DNA of 64,000 bases from an uncultured Methylomirabilota bacterium (GTDB lineage Bacteria; Methylomirabilota; Methylomirabilia; Methylomirabilales; 2-02-FULL-66-22), in NCBI GenBank assembly GCA_963705305.1, contig OY970067.1:4320001-4384000 (forward strand). Direction: 5' to 3'. The translations under genes and the position numbers were made by a program. A model generated the notes under the pieces. It was not told the DNA's origin. It searched no databases and saw only the letters and a list, made by a program, of their open reading frames with translations. Positions 49,935 through 63,318 of this stretch are shown here, in pieces. Each line of letters opens with the position of its first letter. Position 1 is the stretch's first letter.

Positions 49935-50603
49935 TCATGGCTTCCCAGCTGTGAACAGTTCAAGCAAATCGGAGAGTTTATCGCAAACCAACGCCACCGG
50001 GAACTCTGCTTGCCGATGCGCCTCACCGTATCCGCCGCCGACCGCGGCGAAGATGAGCCCCGAGGCCGCCGCAGCGCATGCGTCGTCTACCCCATCCCCG
50101 ACTAGCACACTGCATCTCGGGTCCAGCTGGTATTGACTAAGGAGCACATGCACCGCCTCCAACTTGGATGAGAAAGGAGGGGTTCGCGAGTCAGGTGAAA
50201 GAAACACCCGAAAGTACTGATCCAGTCCGCAATATGTGAGGATCCGTCGCGTTGCCAATCCTGGTTTGTTGGTCACTCCATAACAATTCACTCCACGCTT
50301 CACCAACAGCGACAGCGTTTCCACTACACCTGGATAGACGGTTGTCTTCCTCCATCCGTCGGTGTCGTAGTGCTCTCTGAACGCTCGCTCCAATTGGCCA
50401 ATCGTGTCCGAATCCGCCTCCGGCAATGCCTGGCAAAACATCTCGCGAACCGGTGGTCCGATGAGCGTACCAAAGGAGGGGCATGCCTGGCCCGGCAGGA
50501 CAGATTCCCAGGCTGTTTTGGCGGACCAATCAATTCCCGCCATGGAGTCCACTAGAGTCCCATCCAGGTCAAAAATGGCATTCGAAACAACTGCGATGGG
50601 CAT
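49935..50603 (-). CDS. HAD-family phosphatase
   Basis: FDLDGTLVDS, VTNKP, VGDGVDD. Confidence 0.88.
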   Translation of the reverse strand: MPIAVVSNAIFDLDGTLVDSMAGIDWSAKTAWESVLPGQACPSFGTLIGPPVREMFCQALPEADSDTIGQLERAFREHYDTDGWRKTTVYPGVVETLSLLVKRGVNCYGVTNKPGLATRRILTYCGLDQYFRVFLSPDSRTPPFSSKLEAVHVLLSQYQLDPRCSVLVGDGVDDACAAAASGLIFAAVGGGYGEAHRQAEFPVALVCDKLSDLLELFTAGKP

Positions 50604-50619
50604 GTTGTCATCTCCTCCA

Positions 50620-52425
50620 CTAGGGCTCGTATGGAGGGATTAGCAGATTGTCGAGCAGTTCTTCCCGCGGCAGAAATGGATACAAGTCCTCGAGGGGGGC
50701 TGACACGATGCGGCCATCCGGCAACTGCCTCGAACTTAGCTTGGGCTCGAACTCCTGCTCTGGATCGAGCATCACTTCACACACGTAAGGACCAGGAGAA
50801 TCCAGCGCACGATCAACCGCGGACATGAACTCAGGCCCCTCAATTCGCACCGCCGGGAGCTCATAGGCTGTTGCCACCTTCATCATGTCGGGGAAGGAAA
50901 CCCCGCTCCTAGGGCTCTCCCCCACATATCGCTTGAAGAAATTGCTCTGCGTCAGGCGAATAGAAAGATAGCCGTCGTTGTTCAGGACAAAGAGTTTGAT
51001 CGGAAGCTGATGATGGGCCACGGTCTGAAGTTCCTGGATGTTCAGTTGGACACTCCCGTCTCCCGCGAGGCAAATGACCCGCCCCCCATCCCTGGCAACG
51101 GCAGCACCCACCGCCGCGGGCAGGTCGTGCCCCATCGACGCGCTGCCCGAGTTTGAGAAGAGCCGTTGCCCTCGCTTGATAGCAGCAACCTGGAAAGTCA
51201 CGATGCAGGCGGTGGCATTGCCGCAGACGACTATGTCGTCAGCGCGAAGGCGTCGGAACAGCAAGTCAATGAAGTGATAGGAGTTGATCAATCGTGAGGG
51301 TACTCGATGCTTGGGGAGAACAGCAGGATAGCGAGCGACGCGCTCCCTGCACCAGGCGAGCCAGGACGCATGGCGAGTCGCATCCCAGCCGACCACAGGC
51401 AGTTGCCGGCCCAACTCTTCGAGGAACACCCGGGCATCGCAATGGATCGCCATGTCGGGTCTGATCGTCGGCTTGTCCAGTTCCGCCGGATCCACATCCA
51501 CCTGGATCTTATACGCATGGCGCGCGAAAGCCTTCCAGTTGTAGCTCACTTGCCGGATGTTCAGCCGGCTGCCGATGATCAGCAGGGTGTCGGAATTCTG
51601 AACCGTAAAGTTACCTGCGCGTTCGCCAATCGTGCCCGGGCGACCGCAAAAGAGCGGGTCATCCGAAGCAATCAAATCATGAGTCCACGCTGTGGTAACC
51701 GGAATATCGAGCTGATGAACGACTGCTTCAAACACCTCCACTGCCTTCGCGTGCCGGACTCCACTACCTGCCATGATCACTGGCCGTGCCGATGCCTTGA
51801 GTCGTTCGAGAACTTGGCGACACTGTACGGCCACCACATCCGAGTCCCACCCTGACGGTTCCTCGGCGGGATCATAGCCCATCAACTCGTCAGGATCGAT
51901 GCGACTCGCCTGCACGTCAATTGGAATGTCCAGCCAGCATGGGCCGGGCCGTCCACTCGTGGCCAGATGTAATGCCTTTTCAAGATGGTACCGGATCGAC
52001 GAGGGGTCATGCACGAGGACGGCATATTTCGTGATGCCCTTCACCATACGTATGATATCCGCCTCTTGGTCGCCCATTTGGCGCAGATCCGGCAAGGTGT
52101 AGGATGCCATGCAGGTCTCCCGCTTCACCTGGCCAGAAACGACGAGTACCGGAATGGAGTCCGTCCAAGCCCCAAAGACTCCATTGAGCGCATTGATACC
52201 ACCGGGACCAGTGGTTACAACCGCCACGCCGATTCCGCCCGTTGTTCTCGCATACCCTTCGGCGGCCATGGTACTGGCCTGCTCGTGGTGATTGTGGATG
52301 CACCTGAGCAAAGGGCTATGGCCGAAAGAATCGTTCAGGTGCATCGCCCCGCCACCGGTCACCGTGAATACGTGACGCACACCATACTCGGCGAGGCGCC
52401 TCACCAGATAATCGGAGAGCTTCAT
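50620..52425 (-). CDS. TPP-dependent acetolactate-synthase-like enzyme (YerE-like)
   Basis: VTGGGAMHL, HHEQA, TTGPGG, GDGS...NNDGY. Confidence 0.88.
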   Translation of the reverse strand: MKLSDYLVRRLAEYGVRHVFTVTGGGAMHLNDSFGHSPLLRCIHNHHEQASTMAAEGYARTTGGIGVAVVTTGPGGINALNGVFGAWTDSIPVLVVSGQVKRETCMASYTLPDLRQMGDQEADIIRMVKGITKYAVLVHDPSSIRYHLEKALHLATSGRPGPCWLDIPIDVQASRIDPDELMGYDPAEEPSGWDSDVVAVQCRQVLERLKASARPVIMAGSGVRHAKAVEVFEAVVHQLDIPVTTAWTHDLIASDDPLFCGRPGTIGERAGNFTVQNSDTLLIIGSRLNIRQVSYNWKAFARHAYKIQVDVDPAELDKPTIRPDMAIHCDARVFLEELGRQLPVVGWDATRHASWLAWCRERVARYPAVLPKHRVPSRLINSYHFIDLLFRRLRADDIVVCGNATACIVTFQVAAIKRGQRLFSNSGSASMGHDLPAAVGAAVARDGGRVICLAGDGSVQLNIQELQTVAHHQLPIKLFVLNNDGYLSIRLTQSNFFKRYVGESPRSGVSFPDMMKVATAYELPAVRIEGPEFMSAVDRALDSPGPYVCEVMLDPEQEFEPKLSSRQLPDGRIVSAPLEDLYPFLPREELLDNLLIPPYEP

Positions 52426-52445
52426 CGAATGGCCCTTCATCACGG

Positions 52446-53660
52446 CTATGCAATCCTCAAGGAGACAATGGGGTTGGTCAGGGAGAGGGCTCGGATGCAA
52501 TCTGCGATCGCCTGATAATGCAGAATGGACGTGACGATGATCGGGACCTCGCTGGATTTCAGTTGATCCGGCGACAAGATCGGAATGCCTTTCAGTGTGC
52601 GGCCTTGATTGATCGGGTTGCCATCCACGAAGGCAATGATTTTCGCATTGCCCAGGCATGTTTCCGCCAACATCTTCATGGCCAGCTGTCCCGTTCCCCA
52701 CACCATCACTTCGCTCGACCGGGTCAAGACCTCTTGGAGGAATACGCCTATCTCTTCCATGATTCGTCGCGATTCCGCGATATATCGGAGCAGGGAGCCC
52801 TTTAGGTGTTCATCCTTCCGCAGCCCGCCAGGGGATACGGGCTCCTCCGTGGGGGCTCCGAACATGAATAGTGCCGGATACGGCATCCCAGGCGCCGATT
52901 GCAAGAGCTTGTTGCCCGCGTTCGCAGGACGGAATCCACCCCTCACCAGTAGGTTCTCCATGCACTGAAGCGAGAAGTGATTGATGTGCTCGGTGTTGAA
53001 ATCTTGGAAAGGGGCGAACACGTAATCCGCATACCGCATAGCGTCCGGGACCTCAACATAGATACTGGCCTGGGGTCTCAGGAACTGCCGGACGTAGGCG
53101 AAGGCCTCGCATAGATCCCGTACGTGTTCAAGAACGTGGGACAGGATGATACAGTCGATTGTACCGGGCTCCAGGGGGATGTGGGAAAGGGAGCCAATTG
53201 CAGCGTGAACGCCCGGCAACTCGTTCGTCCGAGCTACACACGCGGGCGATGGATCGAGACCGTAGAGGTTCGTGTAGCCCAATTCGCGTAAGGTGCGCAG
53301 CAGTCCGCCGCCAGCGCAACCGATGTCCACGACGTGTGCATCCGGGTTGCGAAGGGCATTGCCGACCAGGCGCCCCGTTTCCCGCAATCGGGCTGCATCT
53401 TCCGTCGAGTCCCCGCCACCAGTGGATGTCGCCTTATCCCCGTACTTCGAGAAACCCGTATAGAAGGCGTCATAGTCGCACTGGTTCGCCGACGTATCGG
53501 CGTAGGCAAAGCCACACGCAGGACAGCACACCACGTCATACCCGGCTTCCAGTGGGTGACCCGACGGAAGTACAAACTCCTGGGTGTGGATGACCTCGCC
53601 GGTGTGGCCATCACAGATTGGGCAAGGCCGCGCAACGGACTTGAGAGATGTCATGAGCAT
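52446..53660 (-). CDS. SAM-dependent methyltransferase with N-terminal Zn motif
   Basis: CPIC...CPAC, DIGCAGG, SHVLEH, EVPD, EHINHF. Confidence 0.85.
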   Translation of the reverse strand: MLMTSLKSVARPCPICDGHTGEVIHTQEFVLPSGHPLEAGYDVVCCPACGFAYADTSANQCDYDAFYTGFSKYGDKATSTGGGDSTEDAARLRETGRLVGNALRNPDAHVVDIGCAGGGLLRTLRELGYTNLYGLDPSPACVARTNELPGVHAAIGSLSHIPLEPGTIDCIILSHVLEHVRDLCEAFAYVRQFLRPQASIYVEVPDAMRYADYVFAPFQDFNTEHINHFSLQCMENLLVRGGFRPANAGNKLLQSAPGMPYPALFMFGAPTEEPVSPGGLRKDEHLKGSLLRYIAESRRIMEEIGVFLQEVLTRSSEVMVWGTGQLAMKMLAETCLGNAKIIAFVDGNPINQGRTLKGIPILSPDQLKSSEVPIIVTSILHYQAIADCIRALSLTNPIVSLRIA

Positions 53661-53681
53661 CGTGTGATGCGCTGTGCCGAC

Positions 53682-54764
53682 TCAGCGATCCCCATACCAG
53701 CGCACTGTGCGACGGATTGCCTCATTCAGATTGATGCGCTGCTGTAACCCAAGTTCGCTCTGCGCACGCGAAACCGAGGGCACGTACCGCTCCGCGGGCT
53801 TTCCAGGGGACGCAGCCTTGGCAACCTTGACCGACACAGGGGACGCAAACGTCTCCGCCACGACGCGGGCCAATTCGGCGATTGAAACTGCCTCGGACGA
53901 CCCAACATTGTAAGGACGCGATGCCTCTCCGCGGAACAGGATAGTCCAAAGCCAGACAGCGAGATCTGCCATATAGAGATAGGAACGGTACGGTGTTCCA
54001 TCGTCTTTCACCCAAATCGGTCCCCCTTTGAGGCCGTCCTGGATGAAATTGCCAATGGCGAAGTGGGTATCGAGCGGGAGATAAGGTCCCACGAATGCAA
54101 AGCAGCGCGCGATCTTCACCTGGAGTCCGAACTGCTTGGCAAACACCACCGACAGCAGCTCCGCAAGGCGCTTTCCCTCCCCATATGCCGAACTTGGATT
54201 CGTGGAGTCCGGCCCGCCCAGATACTCCTCCGGCACATGCGACAGGTCCGGGGGCTGTTTGCCGTAGACGGCGCCCGAGCTGGTCAGCAAGAACTTTTTC
54301 GCGCCGCAGGACCGTGCGAACTCAAGAACTCGTCGCGTTCCCAAGACGATAGTATCGCACATCGTCAGCGGCGCTTCCTCATTCAATACGACGCTGGCCT
54401 CCGTGGCCGCGTGGATCACGTGCGAAAACGTGCCTCCTGGAAACTCAAACGACCGGATGTCCCCCACGTGAAATCGGATGGAATCATCAGAAGCCAAGTG
54501 GGGGGCCTTCTGGCGAAACGCATCCGGATTGCGCGTCAGCACCACGACTGATGCGCGGAGGTCCAGACTCGCGTTCGCCCACGCGAAGCTCTCCACCAGC
54601 CATGTGCCGAAGAATCCGGTGCCTCCGGTGATGAACAGCCGCTGCCCGCGCAGCTCCTCCCAGAGGCCTCTCGTCTGGGCGAGGATAAGCTCGAGATCTT
54701 CCACTAGAGGATGGTCATGGCGGGCGCTGAGGCTCCCGCCCGAAGAGAGGTTTGTGGTCCCCAT
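53682..54764 (-). CDS. NAD-dependent epimerase/reductase
   Basis: TGGTGFFG, SSGAVYG, YGEGK, ARCFAFVGP. Confidence 0.88.
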   Translation of the reverse strand: MGTTNLSSGGSLSARHDHPLVEDLELILAQTRGLWEELRGQRLFITGGTGFFGTWLVESFAWANASLDLRASVVVLTRNPDAFRQKAPHLASDDSIRFHVGDIRSFEFPGGTFSHVIHAATEASVVLNEEAPLTMCDTIVLGTRRVLEFARSCGAKKFLLTSSGAVYGKQPPDLSHVPEEYLGGPDSTNPSSAYGEGKRLAELLSVVFAKQFGLQVKIARCFAFVGPYLPLDTHFAIGNFIQDGLKGGPIWVKDDGTPYRSYLYMADLAVWLWTILFRGEASRPYNVGSSEAVSIAELARVVAETFASPVSVKVAKAASPGKPAERYVPSVSRAQSELGLQQRINLNEAIRRTVRWYGDR

Positions 54765-55531
54765 CACTCCCACGCATCGACCCGAATGGAACCCTGAGAG
54801 ACTCCCCGGGCGCGGAGATCTCGAGAGATTACAGACACCATTTGTGGAGGACCTGAAATGTAATAGTGCGATGCAAAGGGTTCTGGAACCTCGGACCAAA
54901 TAGAATCAACCGCGATACGGCCGGAGAGCTCGTATGGTACCAGGGCTCCGACGTATCCAGATGACGACCCGACGCAAGATGCCCCCCCTACTGCCGCGAT
55001 CCTATCTTCAACGAAAAAGCGCGCCTGAAGCTGGGGAGCTTTCTCCAGACACCGGCACACCAAGTCCTGGTAGATCAAGAGCCGTCTGCTGCGGGCACCA
55101 TAGATGAGAAAGACGCTCTGCGGATGAGAAGAATCCAGGTGCCCGAGAAACGCCGTGAATGCCGTGATCCCTGTCCCCCCCGCAAACATGACGACTTTCC
55201 GGCTGCCGTCTATCACGAACTCCCCGTACGGCAGCTTCACCCACACCCAGCGGTTGTCCGTAAGTTCTTGCTCCATTCGAGCCGTGAACCGGCCCCGCAC
55301 GGAATACGAGATTTGCAGGCGGTCCCTCTCGAGGGGGGAGTTTGCGATAGAGAAGACGCGCGATTCCGGCCAGAAGCTGCTCGGATCGTACTCGTCCAAC
55401 GCCAGATGGAGAAACTGGCCTGGTCGAAATCGCGGGGCAGCACGCTCGGGCGTAAGATCCACAGTATACACATGGTCGCTGTGATCGGTGATTTTATTTA
55501 CCAGGCAACGGAGTTTCTGTGGGGTGGCCAT
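54764..55531 (-). CDS. FAD/NAD(P)-binding ferredoxin-reductase-like protein
   Basis: FRPGQF, RVFSIAN, AGGTGITAF, ISGPPQMV. Confidence 0.82.
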   Translation of the reverse strand: MATPQKLRCLVNKITDHSDHVYTVDLTPERAAPRFRPGQFLHLALDEYDPSSFWPESRVFSIANSPLERDRLQISYSVRGRFTARMEQELTDNRWVWVKLPYGEFVIDGSRKVVMFAGGTGITAFTAFLGHLDSSHPQSVFLIYGARSRRLLIYQDLVCRCLEKAPQLQARFFVEDRIAAVGGASCVGSSSGYVGALVPYELSGRIAVDSIWSEVPEPFASHYYISGPPQMVSVISRDLRARGVSQGSIRVDAWE

Positions 55532-55569
55532 TGTTTTTTAGCTGAAAGCGGAGAGCAAAGAGCTGAGAG

Positions 55570-55665
55570 TCAGGGGCGCACAGATCGGGAAAAAGCAATG
55601 ATCATTCTGCAGAGCTCATCAAGATCCTGGAGAATTTCTAAATTTTCGAATCGAAATCTTACCAT
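55570..55665 (-). pseudogene. Internally deleted four-helix-bundle gene remnant (31 aa)
   Basis: MVRFRFENLEI-type N-terminus fused to DELCRMIIAFSRS-type C-terminus; flanked by inverted heptamer tracts. Confidence 0.55.
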
Positions 55666-55708
55666 TCTAAGATTCTTATTCTCTGCTCTTCGCTCTTCGC
55701 TTTCTACC

Positions 55709-57028
55709 TCACGCTCGTTCTCCCTGCATGAACCGCCCAAAAGCTCCCGCCGCGTACTCCAACTGGGCCTCATCCAAGCCGGGGTACACGCCGATGAAGA
55801 ACGAGTTCTTCATAATGAAATTAGTATTGTGGAGATTGCCCACGACCCGGTGCTCGATACCCTCGAAGGCGGGATGCCGAAGCAGGTTGCCGCTGAAGAG
55901 GTTTCGCGTCTCGATCCGATTGAACTCCAGGAATCGCGTGAGGTCATTCCGCGCAAAGCCCGAATCATTACGGACGGAGATGACAAATCCGAACCAGGAA
56001 GGGTCGGAGTGCTTCGTCGCCTCAGGCAGGATTAGCCGATCCTCGTATTGCCGCAAGATCGCCAGCAGGTGCTGAAAGTTAGCTTTGCGCTGCGCAACGA
56101 ACCTGTCCAGCTTCTGCAGTTGGGCGCACCCGATCGCCGCCTGCATGTCCGTGACCTTGAGGTTGTAGCCGATATGGCTGTACACGTATTTGTGATCATA
56201 GCCCAGGGGAAGAGTCCCGAACTGCTGCGTGAAGCGTTTCCCGCACGTATTGTTCTCGCCTCCGGAACAGTAGCAGTCGCGCCCCCAATCACGAATGGAC
56301 CTTGCGATCCGAGCCAAGTCCTCGTTATCTGTCACCACGCAGCCGCCCTCGCCCATGGTAATGTGGTGGGCCGGATAAAAAGAGACCGTTGCTAGATCTC
56401 CGAAGGTGCCTGTGAGCTGGTCCCGATACCGAGATCCCAGGGCGTCGCAGTTATCTTCGATTAGCCACAAATCGTGCGCCTTCGCCAGGGCCATGGCAGT
56501 GTCGAGGTTGAACGGAACGCCCAGCGTATGGGCCATCATGATGGCGCGCGTCCGCGGCCCCACCGCGGCAACCAGTTGCTCCGGAATCGCTGTATAATCT
56601 CCCAGGTTCACATCCACGAAAACCGGGACCAAGCGATTCTGAACGATCGGCGCCAGCGTGGTGGGGAATCCGGCGGCGACGGTAATCACCTCGTCCCCGG
56701 GCTTCAGCCGCCGCTCACCGAGCTTGGGCGATGTGAGGGTCGTCAGAGCCACGAGGTTCGCGGATGAGCCGGAGTTGACGAGCAATGCGTTGGAGAGGCT
56801 GAAGTATTCCGAAAATTCCGCCTCAAACCGCTCTGCATAGCGATTGGCGGTCAGGAAGAAATCCAGGCTGGCGTCAACCAGGTTGCAGAGCTCTTCCTCA
56901 TCGAAGACACGACCCGCATAGTGAACCAAGTCTCGCGATGGGTCAAAGATCCTTCCGGCAAACTTCGCCCGATAATACTCTCTCACCGACTTCAGGATCG
57001 TCTGCCTGAGGTTTTCGGCGGGCTCCAT
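55709..57028 (-). CDS. rfbH: CDP-4-keto-6-deoxyglucose 3-dehydratase (E1)
   Basis: SFYPAHHITMGEGG, RDWGRDCYC...NTCGKRF, YDHKYVYSHIGYNLK. Confidence 0.93.
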   Translation of the reverse strand: MEPAENLRQTILKSVREYYRAKFAGRIFDPSRDLVHYAGRVFDEEELCNLVDASLDFFLTANRYAERFEAEFSEYFSLSNALLVNSGSSANLVALTTLTSPKLGERRLKPGDEVITVAAGFPTTLAPIVQNRLVPVFVDVNLGDYTAIPEQLVAAVGPRTRAIMMAHTLGVPFNLDTAMALAKAHDLWLIEDNCDALGSRYRDQLTGTFGDLATVSFYPAHHITMGEGGCVVTDNEDLARIARSIRDWGRDCYCSGGENNTCGKRFTQQFGTLPLGYDHKYVYSHIGYNLKVTDMQAAIGCAQLQKLDRFVAQRKANFQHLLAILRQYEDRLILPEATKHSDPSWFGFVISVRNDSGFARNDLTRFLEFNRIETRNLFSGNLLRHPAFEGIEHRVVGNLHNTNFIMKNSFFIGVYPGLDEAQLEYAAGAFGRFMQGERA

Positions 57029-57061
57029 ATCAGAACGTCTCCAAGTCAACACTCGTCAGCG

Positions 57062-58054
57062 TCAAACGCTCCGCGAGGGCTGGGTGGCTAGAAAGTCTCG
57101 ATACCACTGGATGGTCAGCTTCAGGCCTTCCTCGAGAGTGAAACAGGGCTGCCATCCCAATAGCCGGCGCGCCTTGGCCGCACTCAAGTACTGGTGACGG
57201 ATCTCATTGCTCGCCTCATTCCGGACATCCGGCGCGAGTTTCGATTCCATCAATGCCAGGATACGCTGCACCAAGTCAAGCACGCTCTCCTGGAACTCGT
57301 TGGAGAAATTGAATGCCTCCCCTCGCAGCTCTGGCCTAGCCGCCAACTGCTCGGCAAGCAGCATATATGCCGCCGCTCCGTCCTCCACGTAGAAGTAATC
57401 CCGCACAAAGCTCCCATCGGAACGAATCATCGGGCGCTGGCCTCGCAATACGGACCGAATCGTCCCCGGAATAATCCGGTTCCAATTCAAGTCGCCGCCA
57501 CCGTAGAAATTGCCGCAGCGGGTAATGGCCACCGGCACGCGGAATGTCTTCGCATAGGTGTGGGCGATGAGGTCCGCGCACGACTTGCTCACGTCATAGG
57601 GGTGTCGACCCTGTAAAGGGGTGGCCTCGTCATACGGGAGACGTTCCTGGTCTCCATAGGCCTTGTCGGAGGAGGCGACAACAATCTGTTTCGCCGACGG
57701 GCTGCGACGGCAGGCCTCAAGCAGATTCCATGTACCTTGAATATTGGATTCGAAGGTGGAAACAGGATTCCGATTGGCGATCCCCACGATTGTCTGGGCC
57801 GCGAGATGGATGACCGTATCTGCCTCATATTCCCCGAGGGCCCGCTCCAGCAGTTCCCGATCGCGCACGTCGCCCCGAATGACTTTGACCTGGTCGATGA
57901 GGTGTGCGCGTACTAACTCAGACTGCGGTACCCAATCCCGCACCAGACAGACGACATCGGCTCCGGCCTGCAGGAGACGCCGCACCAGCCATGTTCCCAC
58001 TAGGCCGGTTGCACCGGTCACCAACGTGGGCCGATCGAGCCAAAAGCCACTCAC
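57062..58054 (-). CDS. rfbG: CDP-glucose 4,6-dehydratase-like
   Basis: [30 protein letters not shown]; lies between rfbF and rfbH. Confidence 0.75.
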   Translation of the reverse strand: MSGFWLDRPTLVTGATGLVGTWLVRRLLQAGADVVCLVRDWVPQSELVRAHLIDQVKVIRGDVRDRELLERALGEYEADTVIHLAAQTIVGIANRNPVSTFESNIQGTWNLLEACRRSPSAKQIVVASSDKAYGDQERLPYDEATPLQGRHPYDVSKSCADLIAHTYAKTFRVPVAITRCGNFYGGGDLNWNRIIPGTIRSVLRGQRPMIRSDGSFVRDYFYVEDGAAAYMLLAEQLAARPELRGEAFNFSNEFQESVLDLVQRILALMESKLAPDVRNEASNEIRHQYLSAAKARRLLGWQPCFTLEEGLKLTIQWYRDFLATQPSRSV

Positions 58055-58821
58055 CGCCAGATCTTCCAAGGGGCTCTGCCCTGCTGCCACAGGCTTTCCA
58101 GCAGCCGCTTATCCCGCAGGGTGTCCATGCATTGCCAAAAGTTGTCGTGCCGATACGCCACCAACTGCCGCTCCTTTGCCAAACGTTCCAGACCATCTTT
58201 CTCAAGGATGCTCTGATCGCCGTCCAGATACCTAAATATCCTGGGCTCCAATACCATGAAGCCGCCGTTGATCCAGCCTTCTCCAACCTGGGGCTTTTCA
58301 GTAAACTCCGCGACCATATCACCCTCAAAGACGATGCCCCCAAATCGCGCCGGGGGACGCACCGCCGTGATTGTGGCAGCACATCCGTGGGCACGATGAA
58401 ATCTAACCAGATCCTGGAGGTTGATATCGCTCACCCCATCCCCATATGTTAGCATGAAGGTTTCATCCTTGAGCCATTTCTCCAATCTCTTGACTCGTCC
58501 TCCGGTTGCGGTGTCCTGGCCCGTGTCGATCAGGTGGATGGTCCAGTTGTCCTTTTCTCCTTTGTGCCGCTCAATCTCGTCGCGCGAGAAACGAACTGTC
58601 ATGTCCCCATTCAAATTGCAGTAGTCCATAACAAAGTGCTTTATCACATCTCCCTTGTAGCCCAAAGCCACGAAGAACTCTGTGAATCCGTAGTGCTCGT
58701 AATGTTTTAGGATATGCCAAAAAATGGGTCGGCCGCCGATCTCCACCATGGGTTTCGGCTTGACCTCTGTTTCCTCGGTCAGTCGAGTACCAAGACCGCC
58801 AGCCAAAATAACCACTTTCAT
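58051..58821 (-). CDS. rfbF: Glucose-1-phosphate cytidylyltransferase
   Basis: [44 protein letters not shown]. Confidence 0.95.
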   Translation of the reverse strand: MKVVILAGGLGTRLTEETEVKPKPMVEIGGRPIFWHILKHYEHYGFTEFFVALGYKGDVIKHFVMDYCNLNGDMTVRFSRDEIERHKGEKDNWTIHLIDTGQDTATGGRVKRLEKWLKDETFMLTYGDGVSDINLQDLVRFHRAHGCAATITAVRPPARFGGIVFEGDMVAEFTEKPQVGEGWINGGFMVLEPRIFRYLDGDQSILEKDGLERLAKERQLVAYRHDNFWQCMDTLRDKRLLESLWQQGRAPWKIWR

Positions 58822-58892
58822 TGCGACATCTCCCGTCGTTTGATCTCGTACCACTCGACCATCCGCCGTAGGCCATCTTCAAAAGGCGTTCA

Positions 58893-61624
<2,732 letters not shown>

Positions 61625-61670
61625 GTCAGGACACGTTATGCGTTACACGTTCAACGTTGAACGTGCCACG

Positions 61671-62714
61671 TCATTGGACGATGAATTGCGCATTTCGGTA
61701 CCGCGCATCTCCTGGATCCTTGATGAGCCCTGATTGAAGCGCATCGCGAACTTCAATCACGCCATCCTCCACGCTCAGCCTTGTCTTGAAGCCGAGCTGG
61801 CGCCTTACTTTTGCAAATGACACGGTAATATCACGCATATCCCCGCCGAAGCTCAGGTCTTTGTGGGTGACCTTGAGCCCATCCACGTGCTTCCTCACCA
61901 ACTCCGCGATCTCGTCCTTGGTGTAATTTCCCTCGTCGGATCCCAAATTGAACACCTGTCCGGAAATCTTCTGTTGTGGCGCGGACAAGCCAAGGACTAT
62001 TCCCTCAACGACGTCACGCACATGCACAAACGAACGTGAGTAGCCTCGCTGGTAGATGATCAGTTCCCGCTTCGTCATGGCTTCCAGGACGAACTGGTTG
62101 ACAATCAGATCAAATCGTGTGCGCGGCGAGATTCCGAAGAGCGTCGCAAAGCGAAAAACGAGTGGGGCGCAGCGCGATTTCTTAGCCTGGTCCAACAGGA
62201 ATTCCTCTGCCGCTATTTTGGTCTCCGCGTACAGCGATTGCGGGTACAATGGGGAGTCCTCGGTGACCGCCTGACCGTTCTTAGTCAGGCCGTAGTTACT
62301 GTAGGTCGAAGAGAAGATGAATCGCTCTGCGCCAGCGTTGTCAGCGACCTCGAACACGCGCTGCACAGACTCAACGTTGTACCGCCAAGCCACCTGTTTG
62401 CCAACAGCCTGACATGCCGGGAAGCCCACGATGGCAGCCAAATGCACGACTGCCTTGAACGTTGAACGGTCAACGTCGCGCGTTGCACGTTGCAAAACGT
62501 CGGAGTCGCACACGTCGCCCTTGATGAATCGGAAATTGGGATGATGCCAATAGCCCAACAGCGATTCTCCGCCGAACAGCAGGTCGTCCACCACGGTCAC
62601 ATGATGACCTTGGCTCAGGAGTACACCGGTCAGCAACGAGCCGATGTAACCCGCGCCGCCGGTGACAAGAACATGCATGCGAGCTGGGGAGCTCGGGGGC
62701 AGGGGTGAATTCAT
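61671..62714 (-). CDS. NAD-dependent epimerase/dehydratase
   Basis: VTGGAGYIG, HLAAIVG, YAETK, RFATLFG. Confidence 0.9.
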   Translation of the reverse strand: MNSPLPPSSPARMHVLVTGGAGYIGSLLTGVLLSQGHHVTVVDDLLFGGESLLGYWHHPNFRFIKGDVCDSDVLQRATRDVDRSTFKAVVHLAAIVGFPACQAVGKQVAWRYNVESVQRVFEVADNAGAERFIFSSTYSNYGLTKNGQAVTEDSPLYPQSLYAETKIAAEEFLLDQAKKSRCAPLVFRFATLFGISPRTRFDLIVNQFVLEAMTKRELIIYQRGYSRSFVHVRDVVEGIVLGLSAPQQKISGQVFNLGSDEGNYTKDEIAELVRKHVDGLKVTHKDLSFGGDMRDITVSFAKVRRQLGFKTRLSVEDGVIEVRDALQSGLIKDPGDARYRNAQFIVQ

Positions 62715-62743
62715 TCGTTATCCTCTTCAGCTCTCACGGTTGA

Positions 62744-63139
62744 CTACCGGAGGTGGGATCTTTCATTCTCTGAGTCTTGTAGGTCGGCAAGATCCGCGCC
62801 CACCATCATATGTACAAGTTCTTCGAATCCAACTCTCGGAGCCCAATCAAGAAGTCGCTTTGCCTTCGAGGCATCACCCAGGAGAAAGTCGACTTCAGTC
62901 GGGCGGAAGTAGCGCGGGCTGATTTCGATCAGGGAGCGTCCGTCCGGGCCAATCGCCTTCTCTTCAACCCCCGCCCCTTCCCACCGCAGCGGGAGGCCGG
63001 CGCGGGCGAATGCCAGCTCGCAGAACTCCCGCACGGAGTGGGCCTCGCCGATGGCGATGACGTAGTCGTCCGGCTCGGGTGCCTGGAGCATCATCCACAT
63101 GGCCTCGACATAATCGCCCGCGAATCCCCAATCCCGCTT
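62744..63139 (-). pseudogene. gmd: GDP-mannose 4,6-dehydratase 3' fragment
   Basis: [19 protein letters not shown]...[17 protein letters not shown]; 5' part absent, inverted site B ~25 bp upstream. Confidence 0.9.
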
Positions 63140-63163
63140 GCGGCTCGGCCGCCTCGCCGATTT

Positions 63164-63194
63164 GGGGGACGTTGCGACATTATTGACTTTATTA
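63164..63194 (-). repeat. Cassette-boundary site, subtype B (inverted)
   Basis: Reverse complement taataaagtcaataatgtcgcaacgtccccc. Confidence 0.9.
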
Positions 63195-63312
63195 TGGGGC
63201 ACAGGGCAAAGGGCACAGAGCATAGCGCGAAGGGCACAGGGCCGGGGACAGAGGGCACGGACCACAGGACTACTGACGACTGACCACGGGACTACTGACT
63301 ACTGGCCATGTG
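63195..63312 (-). repeat. Heptamer tracts (agggcac- and gactact-type)
   Basis: ggggcac agggcaa agggcac agagcat agcgcga agggcac; gactact gacgact gaccacg. Confidence 0.8.
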
Positions 63313-63318
63313 GAACCT

